Below are positions 47,248 to 55,353 of a stretch of DNA of 64,000 nucleotides, one piece after another; position 1 is the first letter of the stretch; each line of letters opens with the position of its first letter. The notes below the pieces were generated by a model. That model made no database searches. It was not told the DNA's origin and saw only the letters and a list, made by a program, of their open reading frames with translations. Source of the DNA: an uncultured Poribacteria bacterium (GTDB lineage Bacteria > Poribacteria > WGA-4E > WGA-3G); NCBI GenBank assembly GCA_958296135.2, contig CATQHZ020000001.1, forward strand, positions 1,792,001-1,856,000, written 5' to 3'. A program made the position numbers and the translations under genes.

Positions 47248-48894
47248 TCAAGATTTACGTTTGATGATTCTCTCATAGGCCTGGCGAAACCGTTGGAGGT
47301 ATTCGCCTTCGCCGTGATATGCGGCGACATCCGCAGGCTTTGGATGAATCGGTTCGCCGCGCTTCAAGACAGCCGCGCTGAACGTCTCCATGTCAAAGGC
47401 CTCATCGTTATCGTCACAATACGCTTTCGCACCGGCGACAGCGGCTCCGAGTGCCGCGCCGCCTTTTTCTACAGGAACAGCGGTTCTGTTCCAAATACCT
47501 GCAACACGCCGCATAATTTCGGGGCTCTCTGTGGCACCACCTGTCACAAACAACGGTGCCTGCGTTTCCTTCGCAAACACTTGTGAATACACATAAACGG
47601 CGGCGAGGCTCGTCTCTACAACGCCTGCGTAGTCACCGGCCAGCGTGGCAGATTCGGGCTCAGACGAACTTGAACGATAGCGAATGATGTCAAAGGCTGG
47701 CGAGACAGGAAACGACTCGGTTTTCGGTTGCCAGAACGTCATAAAGTGTCCGGGTGAAGTCTCACGCAGCGCAGCTTCTGCGGGTGCATAGCCCTCTTTT
47801 GCCAATCCGTAGCGGCTTCGGACAGCATCCCATACCATCGCGCCGTTGGTACGGCAGCCAAACATAAACGGCCGGCAGACCCCGTCATACATCGCATTGG
47901 CAAATCCTTCTGGATCCAACGTATCCCCATCCGTGGATACCATGTTCACGAAGCTGGTGCCGAGGCTGAGCAAATCTCCCGAGACAGGTACTTTCGCTTG
48001 CGGATTATCGCCTGAGCCAACTACCACGCTGCACCTCGGATCGAAGTCGTATTTATCAATAAAATACTGTGCAATCCGCCCGATAACAGTGTCAGATGGC
48101 ATCAGCATCGGCAACTTCTGGCGGAATGCTGCCACGCCGCCGGGTAACCCATCTGCTGTTGCAGCAAGCAACTCTGCATCCCATTCTTTGCTGCGATAGT
48201 TCATCAGGGACATCCCACACGCGTTGCCGTAGTCAATCGGCACAAGGCTGTTTCCGGTGAGAACCGCGGGGATAAAACTGCTAATCAGTTGGATGTTCAG
48301 TGTCTCTTCGTAGTGGCCGGGGAATTGCTCGGCGACGCGCCGCATCACAGCCCCCGTGAATCGGAGTGGCGTATCGGAACCGGAGAGCTCAATCATCCGC
48401 GCTTTGCCGCCGACTTTCTCCCGGACGTGGTTGGTTTGCTCCACCGTGTTAGCCGTCATCCAGATGGGCGCGGTAGGGTAAGCAAAACATCTATCCAACC
48501 GAGTCTTTAGCCCTGCTTTAGAACAATCAGATTCGTGCAACTCAAGGAAGAGCCCTGCAGCGTTTTTATCAAGATAGACGTGCCCATGCTGTTGTCCAGA
48601 CGTGTTGATGACAACGACATCCTCTAATGGCACTCCTTCGATGCGCATATCCGTGAACAGCGCATCAAGCGACGCGAGATACATCAGCGGCGGCTGCTCT
48701 GCTTCGCCTTCCTCCTGCGGCGGCAGGATATAGTCCTCACCGATGCCGAATTCGTTAAGCCGGTTATCGGCGCGATAGTCCAGCGAATATTCAAAACACT
48801 TCTCTGCTGTGTCTATATCAATGATGATGGCAGAGAGGCTCTGCGTGCTAGAATCCAAGCCGAGGGCAAGTCTTGGTTCTTTGGTGTCACTCAT
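47248..48894 (-). CDS. FGGY family carbohydrate kinase, xylulokinase-like
   Basis: [32 protein letters not shown]. Confidence 0.88.
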   Translation of the reverse strand: MSDTKEPRLALGLDSSTQSLSAIIIDIDTAEKCFEYSLDYRADNRLNEFGIGEDYILPPQEEGEAEQPPLMYLASLDALFTDMRIEGVPLEDVVVINTSGQQHGHVYLDKNAAGLFLELHESDCSKAGLKTRLDRCFAYPTAPIWMTANTVEQTNHVREKVGGKARMIELSGSDTPLRFTGAVMRRVAEQFPGHYEETLNIQLISSFIPAVLTGNSLVPIDYGNACGMSLMNYRSKEWDAELLAATADGLPGGVAAFRQKLPMLMPSDTVIGRIAQYFIDKYDFDPRCSVVVGSGDNPQAKVPVSGDLLSLGTSFVNMVSTDGDTLDPEGFANAMYDGVCRPFMFGCRTNGAMVWDAVRSRYGLAKEGYAPAEAALRETSPGHFMTFWQPKTESFPVSPAFDIIRYRSSSSEPESATLAGDYAGVVETSLAAVYVYSQVFAKETQAPLFVTGGATESPEIMRRVAGIWNRTAVPVEKGGAALGAAVAGAKAYCDDNDEAFDMETFSAAVLKRGEPIHPKPADVAAYHGEGEYLQRFRQAYERIIKRKS

Positions 48895-48897
48895 GAA

Positions 48898-49848
48898 TCA
48901 ATTCCCCGGATATGCGCGGTTATCCAATTCCGCGACAAATTTTTCAGAGGCGATGGCTGCCGCTGCGCCTGCGCCTGCCGCCGTGATGGCTTGCCGAAAC
49001 ACCTGGTCATGCACATCACCAGCCGCAAAAACGCCCTCTATATTGGTGCGCTGCAGGCTGTCTACGATGATATAGCCCTGTTCATCCATCTCAATGATGT
49101 CAGTAAAGAGTTCCGTGTTCGGGATGTGCCCGATGAAGATAAACACACCGTCGATCGGAAAAAGTCCCATTTCGCCAGTCTTGACGTTTTTGAGTTTCGC
49201 GCCGGTTACCTTTTCGGCATCGCCGCAAATTTCTTCGACGACGGTATCCCAGATAAACCGGATCTTGTCGTTTTTGAAGGCGCGTTCCTGCATAATCTGG
49301 CTCGCGCGGAGCTGGTCCCGGCGGTGGACGATGTACACCTCGGTGGCGTATTTGGTTAAGAAGATGCCTTCCTCAATTGCTGCGTCTCCGCCGCCGACGA
49401 CAATGAGCCGCTGGTTCTGGAAGAAGAACCCATCGCAGGTGGCGCAGTAAGATACGCCGCGGCCGCCGTATGCCGCTTCACCCGGAACGTTGAGCGTGCG
49501 CGGTGAAGCACCAGTGCAGACAATCACCGATTTGGCGTGATAGGTTTTCTCGTAAGTATCAACGACAAGCGGCTGTCGTGTGAAGTCTACTGCGGTGACG
49601 GTATCAAACAGGACTTCGGTTCCGAACTGTTCGGCTTGCGCCTGCATGCCTTGGATGAAGACAGCGGCTTCGCTGCCGAAGAAGCCCGGGTAATTCTCAA
49701 GGTCGAGCGTCAGCGAGAGCTGCCCACCAAGGGCATCGCCGGTAATCAAGACCGGCTCCAACATGGCGCGGGAAGTATAGACACCCGCGGCAAACCCGGC
49801 AGTGCCGCCGCCAATGATGACAATGTTTCGTTTTTCTGTTGTTCGCAA
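48898..49848 (-). CDS. trxB: Thioredoxin-disulfide reductase
   Basis: GGQL..ENYPG, SYCATCDG, GGGDAAIEE, HRRD, AAGDV..RQAITAAG; TTG start after GAGGAG. Confidence 0.96.
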   Translation of the reverse strand: MRTTEKRNIVIIGGGTAGFAAGVYTSRAMLEPVLITGDALGGQLSLTLDLENYPGFFGSEAAVFIQGMQAQAEQFGTEVLFDTVTAVDFTRQPLVVDTYEKTYHAKSVIVCTGASPRTLNVPGEAAYGGRGVSYCATCDGFFFQNQRLIVVGGGDAAIEEGIFLTKYATEVYIVHRRDQLRASQIMQERAFKNDKIRFIWDTVVEEICGDAEKVTGAKLKNVKTGEMGLFPIDGVFIFIGHIPNTELFTDIIEMDEQGYIIVDSLQRTNIEGVFAAGDVHDQVFRQAITAAGAGAAAAIASEKFVAELDNRAYPGN

Positions 49849-49900
49849 GGCGTTGTTCAGCTCCTCTTTTCGTTTGTGGGTTGTCTTGTCAAGTCTTGCA
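49831..49900 (-). repeat. ~85-nt element variant overlapping the trxB start
   Basis: Minus strand GCAAGACTTGACAAGAC..GAGGAGCTGAACAACGCC-TTG-CGAACAACAGAAAAA. Confidence 0.75.
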
Positions 49901-49930
49901 TTTCTGTTCCGGCGGAGGACAGCCCCCGGA

Positions 49931-50770
49931 CTACGGCATCAAGCGAGGGATTCCGTTGATAATCGGATAATTCCGCGCACAAGTTTTGCAGTGGAGGTTC
50001 TCCTCTGTCCAAATAATTTCGCCCTTGCACTGCGGACATACGAGAATCTCCCGGAGCGTTTTCGCGGGCGAGCCTCGCGCTCGGAAGAGCACCCCTACCA
50101 CAGTTTTCACACGGGCAAGGATACCGCTTGGGACCGCGTTTTTGAGGAGCGGCAGATGTCTCCTCAGCCAGTGGCTCAGCATCGAAACATTGTTATGCTG
50201 CATCGTTAACGCCGCGAGCGTTTCCGGACATTCTAGGTTAAGCGGCGACTTTCCCTGCGGGAGTATCTCGTAGTCAATCTCGTCTTCCCACTCGTATTGG
50301 ACGAGGAAAAGGTGATGATGCGTGAGATGAAACCGCTGCCACAACTTATCCCCTGCGGCCAAGGCGTGAAACAATTGCCCGAATTTCGATGCGTCTTCTT
50401 TTTTTTGCAAAAGGAGCCGGCCATTAACTTTGTTGACTACCCATTGGTGGTAAGGCCATCCATAAATGCGTTCGGCGATTTCAGACGGCGTTTCAATGTA
50501 ACCGCGCTTGGCAACCCGCATCAATTCGGAGATGAGCAGCGTGGGCTCTTCCACATGTTCAAGCACATGCGAACAGATAACATAGTCAAACGCGCCATCT
50601 GCGAAGGGGAGATACTGGCCATCCGCCGCAACGAGGGGCCGGTCTGCGACGATGCCGCCGCCACGCTGTTCGTCGTCTTCTATGAATTTGTCGCACAAGA
50701 CATCTGCGTGGGGCTTCGGATTATGACCGCTCCCTATCTCTAGGACAAAATCACCAGGCTGAATGTTCAT
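49931..50770 (-). CDS. Class I SAM methyltransferase fused to a C-terminal Trm112-like zinc domain
   Basis: VLEIGSG, FDYVICSHVLEH; C-terminal ILVCPQCKG..CKTC..YPIINGIPRL. Confidence 0.85.
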   Translation of the reverse strand: MNIQPGDFVLEIGSGHNPKPHADVLCDKFIEDDEQRGGGIVADRPLVAADGQYLPFADGAFDYVICSHVLEHVEEPTLLISELMRVAKRGYIETPSEIAERIYGWPYHQWVVNKVNGRLLLQKKEDASKFGQLFHALAAGDKLWQRFHLTHHHLFLVQYEWEDEIDYEILPQGKSPLNLECPETLAALTMQHNNVSMLSHWLRRHLPLLKNAVPSGILARVKTVVGVLFRARGSPAKTLREILVCPQCKGEIIWTEENLHCKTCARNYPIINGIPRLMP

Positions 50771-50857
50771 TTTTTGTCTTTCGCAATGCGTTCGGTGTGC
50801 ATCACTTGCGCAGAGGGCATTGACTTACCAGGCCATTTTAGCGTTGTCAAGCCTGGC
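50771..50857 (-). repeat. ~85-nt element variant abutting the methyltransferase ATG
   Basis: Minus strand GCTTGACAACGCTAAAATGGCCTGGTAAGTCAATGCCCTCTGCGCA..AACGCATTGCGAAAGACAAAAA-ATG. Confidence 0.8.
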
Positions 50858-50865
50858 ATCCCTGG

Positions 50866-51720
50866 TTATTTCTGAACAATCATGCTGATATAGGGGCTCA
50901 GATAAGGAAACGCCGTAGCGACGATGCCGCCCTTGAGTCCAAATCCGACACACCTTTTGACGATTTGAAGCCCGTTCGCTCGGAAAAATTGTGCAAGATC
51001 TATCGGGCACGCGTAGTAGGCACTGTCTGAATCGCCGCCGATGGCATCCGCCTGCAAATCCGGATGGCGATATAGGAATTGCGGTGCCTGTCTTGCGAAC
51101 CGCTTCTCCACAGAGAGTCGGCAATTCTTCACGAACTGTCCCCATGCCTGCCGTTTGGTTTCGCCCCAAACCGGTCTGCCCTGTTTCCCAACGATGAGCC
51201 CGAGCCAGTCAAGCAGCGGCGTTAAGGGTGAGCAGAGATTCGGGCCTGACAGCACAATCCGGCCGCCTTTTCGCGTCACCCGCATCATTTCAGAGAGCGC
51301 GGTTTCAACGTCAGGCAGATGCTCAATCAGTTCGTTTGAGCAAACAACGTCAAACGCCTCCGTTTCAAACGGCATTTCCAGCACATCGCAGACTTGGTAT
51401 CGCAACTGCTGATTTTCCCATCCCCGTGCCTCTTGTAAGAAGAGCGGGGAAATGTCGGTGCCGACAACGTCGTGTCCTGCCTGACTGAGGAGCTGCGCGG
51501 AGATGCCGTTCCCGCAACCCAGGTCGAGGATTTTGGAATTCGGTGGCGTGTGACAGATTACCAATTCCACGTAGTGTCGGAGGTAGCCCTCGTCGTGTGC
51601 AGCGAGGAGAGCTTTATACGCCACTGACGTTTCGTAGAACTTGCGCATCTGCTCCCGGACTTGCCCGGTGGGCGCGCGTGCCAGCAGCGATGAAGTCTCT
51701 GATGCGGAGGTTCCCATCAT
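50866..51720 (-). CDS. Class I SAM-dependent methyltransferase
   Basis: ILDLGCGNG, GTDIS, FDVV..IEHL, KGG. Confidence 0.9.
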   Translation of the reverse strand: MMGTSASETSSLLARAPTGQVREQMRKFYETSVAYKALLAAHDEGYLRHYVELVICHTPPNSKILDLGCGNGISAQLLSQAGHDVVGTDISPLFLQEARGWENQQLRYQVCDVLEMPFETEAFDVVCSNELIEHLPDVETALSEMMRVTRKGGRIVLSGPNLCSPLTPLLDWLGLIVGKQGRPVWGETKRQAWGQFVKNCRLSVEKRFARQAPQFLYRHPDLQADAIGGDSDSAYYACPIDLAQFFRANGLQIVKRCVGFGLKGGIVATAFPYLSPYISMIVQK

Positions 51721-51808
51721 TTTTTCTCTTTCACAAGTCGTTATGCTGTATCCGCTGGTGTTTCAGCACCAGTGGTGCTGTTATCACGCTTTGCGTCATA
51801 CAGAAAAT

Positions 51809-52210
51809 TTACGCGCGTAGCGTATGCCACGGTGCCTCGTCAAAGACATCTATCAACTGATACCCCTCCTCGCCTTTGCAGGGGCTCAGGGTGACGAACA
51901 ACTTCGCGGGCTGAGACGAGACGTTAAAGGACGCGTGGACAACGTCGGCAGGGATGAAGACAGAGTCGCCTGCGTTTAGCGTCTGCTTCTTGTCCTCTAG
52001 CCACTGTTCAACACTGCCTTCAATAACGTAGATAACCTCTTCTTGTTCTGGGTGCTTATGGAAATCGTGCCCATTGCCGGGCAAGAGGCTGACTTCCATC
52101 GCGACGATGTCTTTCGCCCCGGTCGTTTGTGGGCGGCTGAGCCAGCCTGTTGTGCCCCACTCCAGCTGATCGCGTTCCACATCTGCGGAAGCGATGAATT
52201 TTCCGTTCAT
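51809..52210 (-). CDS. Cupin domain protein
   Basis: HDFHKHPEQEE..EG, GDSVFIPADVVH. Confidence 0.9.
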   Translation of the reverse strand: MNGKFIASADVERDQLEWGTTGWLSRPQTTGAKDIVAMEVSLLPGNGHDFHKHPEQEEVIYVIEGSVEQWLEDKKQTLNAGDSVFIPADVVHASFNVSSQPAKLFVTLSPCKGEEGYQLIDVFDEAPWHTLRA

Positions 52211-52298
52211 TGTTAGTTCCTCAGGTATCGCAATCTGGGAATGTTGAGAGTTCGCGGGGGCCAGGCCCCCGCGCTACGTCAACTCCCATACAAAATCG

Positions 52299-53072
52299 TT
52301 ACTTTCGGGATTTTATCTGTCCCCAAGTGGTAGTCAGTTTCTGTCTCGGGTCGACAGCGAACATCTCAAAAAAGCCTATGTCCATCTGTTCAATCACCTC
52401 GTCTTCGTCAAGGGCCCGGTTCCAGACGCGGACTTCGTCAATGAGTCCGAGGAATTCACGCGACCCTTCATGCGTTTTGCCGACGAGGAGACTGGCAGAG
52501 TCGGCTTTCCCAGGGGGAGGTGGTTTTCCGCCGAATTCGCCGACGTTCTTACCATTTATCCAGTAGCGGTGTGTGCCATCATCGACTTGGGCGACGACAT
52601 GCTGCCATTTTTCAAGTTCCACTTTTCCGTCGCAGACGCTGCCGCCTCCGCCGACACTGAGGTGCAAGCATTCGCTCGGAAACTCGGTGTAGAAACTATA
52701 GGAACGCGGATTGTTGCTCTTGGCAAGGATACCCTGCCACCGCTGGCCGCCGGGCCCCTGATGGCGTTCGGTATTAATCCATGCCATCACGGTGACGCTT
52801 TCATCTACGGTGAGGATGTTATCGTGTGGGACTTCAACCCAGTCGCTCTCACCGTTCAGTTGCAAGGCCTTGCCGAATTTTCCATCAGCAAGTTTCGCAT
52901 CCCCGGCGATTTCCCCGTTATTCTCGTATTGCGAATGATCGATGGTGTTCTTCCCATCAAGTTCATCAAACGAAAAATAGAGGATAAGCGACTCATCCGG
53001 TTCGTTTTGCGCGTAGGCGAACGGTGCCGCACTCGCAAACAGGATTAGCACTATTAGCAATACGAATTTCAT
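52299..53072 (-). CDS. Secreted LamG-like jelly-roll protein
   Basis: Signal peptide, LYFSFDE, GKFGKAL, WQHV, IDEVRVWNRAL, VDPRQKLTTTWGQIK. Confidence 0.92.
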   Translation of the reverse strand: MKFVLLIVLILFASAAPFAYAQNEPDESLILYFSFDELDGKNTIDHSQYENNGEIAGDAKLADGKFGKALQLNGESDWVEVPHDNILTVDESVTVMAWINTERHQGPGGQRWQGILAKSNNPRSYSFYTEFPSECLHLSVGGGGSVCDGKVELEKWQHVVAQVDDGTHRYWINGKNVGEFGGKPPPPGKADSASLLVGKTHEGSREFLGLIDEVRVWNRALDEDEVIEQMDIGFFEMFAVDPRQKLTTTWGQIKSRK

Positions 53073-53134
53073 TTTTTCTCCTTTTCGGATTCATGAAAAC
53101 AAGTCTTCTTTTGGTTGGACGAAACAACATTATA

Positions 53135-53227
53135 TAGTATAAACAAAAATTGCAAAAAAAGCAAATTTATTTTGCGATGTGTCAAATGAATTTAGAAGTT
53201 GATAACTTTAAGAACCTATGCTAAAAT
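53135..53227. promoter_or_regulatory. Divergent promoters in an AT-rich spacer
   Basis: Plus strand TTGATA-17 nt-TAAAAT (53199-53227); minus strand TTGCTT-17 nt-TATACT. Confidence 0.55.
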
Positions 53228-53302
53228 TATCCTCAAATCAACCAGAAACTATCGCGCAGTTAAAACCGCGCCACGCACGAACAGAATTCAGCCATAAAAA
53301 AT

Positions 53303-55276
53303 ATGAAATCTCCAAACACATCGCGAATCCCGGCGCACGGGGTTACCTTCAAATCTGTCAGCATCGCCGCGCTTTTAATACCGATTAACTGCTATTGGGT
53401 GATTGAAATGGAGGTAATCCGCTATTCAGGGCACCCCGTCACCATTTCCCTCTTTTTCAATGTTATTTTTAGCTTGTTTGTCGTTATCGGCGCGAACGAA
53501 CTGTTCAAGCGGTTTTTGCCGACGCTGGCCTTGGCACAAAGCGAGCTCGTCATCGTTTATCTGATGCTGTCGATTGCGTCAGGGATTACCGGGCACGACA
53601 TGCTGGAAATTCTGGTGCCGATGCTCGGGCACGCCTTCCGCTTTGCTACCGCGGAAAATGAGTGGCAACAACTGTTCGTGCCGTTTCTTCCGAAATGGCT
53701 CACCGTAAGCGATAGCCAACTCTTACAAGGCTACTACGAGGGCGAGCTGCCGCTCTACACCGGCGAGACACTGCTCGGATGGGCAACGCCTGTGCTTTGG
53801 TGGACAGCATTCATTACCGTCCTCATCTTCGGCATGCTGTGCATCAATATCATCGTCCGGAAGCAATGGATTGAACATGAGAAATTGAGTTACCCTATCA
53901 TTCAACTCCCGTTGCAGATGTCGCAATCGGGGCTCACAAGCGGTTCACTGGTAGCGCCGCAGCAGCACCGCTTTTTCCGGAACAAGTTGATGTGGCTCGG
54001 TTTTGGCATCGCGGGCGCGCTCGCGCTGTGGAACGGCGTGAATTTCCTGTATCCGATTTTACCAGAATTGCGGACGCGCGTGCGGAGTTTTCAGGTTTTC
54101 ACGGAGAGCCCCTGGAATGCGATGGGAGGGATTCCGTTTTCGCTTTATCCGTTTGCGATAGGGCTCGGGTTCTTTATCCCGTTGGATCTTTCGTTTTCGT
54201 GTTGGTTTTTCTTTTGGTACTGGCGATTCATGCGCGTCGTGGGTGCCGCCATCGGCATGCGGAGTTTGCCGCGTTTTCCGTATATGAACGAACAAGCGTC
54301 CGGCGGCTACCTCGCCTTGTGCGTTTTGGCAATCTGGGCAAGTCGTCGGCATCTTTTGCAGATTGGGAGAACGGTTATCGGCCTGCATACCGATTCCGTT
54401 CGCGATGATTCAGACGGCCCGATGTCCTATCGCGCCGCGGTGCTTTGCCTCATCGGGGTGATGGCATTCCTCGTGCTTTTCTGCTACTACGGCGGTGCGG
54501 AAATTTGGGTGATGTTTATCTTTTTCGTCATTTACTATATGATTTCCATCGCTGTCACGCGTATGCGCGCCGAGTTAGGCACCCCCGTGCATGACTTGCA
54601 CTATTCCGGCCCCGACGAAATTCTGACACGGACAGTTGGAACACGCAGATTGGGCAGAGATAACCTCGTCATGTTCTCCATGTTCTGGTTCATCAATCGC
54701 GCCTACCGGAGCCATCCAATGCCGCATCAACTAGAAGGGTTCAAGATTATGGAGCGCGCAAACATGACGATGTATCGGATTATCTTTGCTTTGACGCTCG
54801 CCGCGGTGTTAGGTTCACTGGCAGGATTCTGGGCACTAATCGACAGAGGATATCGGTTAGGCATGGAGGTACGCGCCTATTGGCCCTCCCTTAGTGCGTT
54901 CGGGATAGAACCCTATCGCCGGCTCAGCGGCTGGTTGCAAGCCCCAGAAGAGACTTTGATTGCCGAAAGCGGGTTTATGGGACTCGGTTTCTTGCTCACA
55001 ACGGTTCTCATGTTATTTCGGATGCGGTTCGTGTGGTGGCCCTTTCACCCTGCCGGATTCGCCATTTCCACGAGTTGGGGCATGAACGTCACGTGGAGCT
55101 GCCTCTTCATGAGTTGGCTGATTAAGATGCTCATCCTCCAATACGGTGGTGTGGTGCGGCATCGGAAAATAGCCCCCTTCTTTTTAGGACTGATTTTGGG
55201 CGAGTTTACCGTCGGTAGCCTCTGGACAATTATCGGTATCATCGCGGGCATCCCTACCTACGGCTTCTGGGTTTAA
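53303..55276 (+). CDS. Polytopic membrane protein, DUF6785/DUF6784 (putative peptide transporter-like)
   Basis: RKQWIEHEKLSYP, WWPFHPAG, PFFLGLILGE; many TM helices. Confidence 0.8.
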   Translation: MKSPNTSRIPAHGVTFKSVSIAALLIPINCYWVIEMEVIRYSGHPVTISLFFNVIFSLFVVIGANELFKRFLPTLALAQSELVIVYLMLSIASGITGHDMLEILVPMLGHAFRFATAENEWQQLFVPFLPKWLTVSDSQLLQGYYEGELPLYTGETLLGWATPVLWWTAFITVLIFGMLCINIIVRKQWIEHEKLSYPIIQLPLQMSQSGLTSGSLVAPQQHRFFRNKLMWLGFGIAGALALWNGVNFLYPILPELRTRVRSFQVFTESPWNAMGGIPFSLYPFAIGLGFFIPLDLSFSCWFFFWYWRFMRVVGAAIGMRSLPRFPYMNEQASGGYLALCVLAIWASRRHLLQIGRTVIGLHTDSVRDDSDGPMSYRAAVLCLIGVMAFLVLFCYYGGAEIWVMFIFFVIYYMISIAVTRMRAELGTPVHDLHYSGPDEILTRTVGTRRLGRDNLVMFSMFWFINRAYRSHPMPHQLEGFKIMERANMTMYRIIFALTLAAVLGSLAGFWALIDRGYRLGMEVRAYWPSLSAFGIEPYRRLSGWLQAPEETLIAESGFMGLGFLLTTVLMLFRMRFVWWPFHPAGFAISTSWGMNVTWSCLFMSWLIKMLILQYGGVVRHRKIAPFFLGLILGEFTVGSLWTIIGIIAGIPTYGFWV

Positions 55277-55353
55277 TTGTATTGGCGCGAAGCAGTCGGT
55301 GCCTGTCAAAAGGAGCACGCTTGCAAAGCGCGCCTCCTGCTAGAAAAATATAA

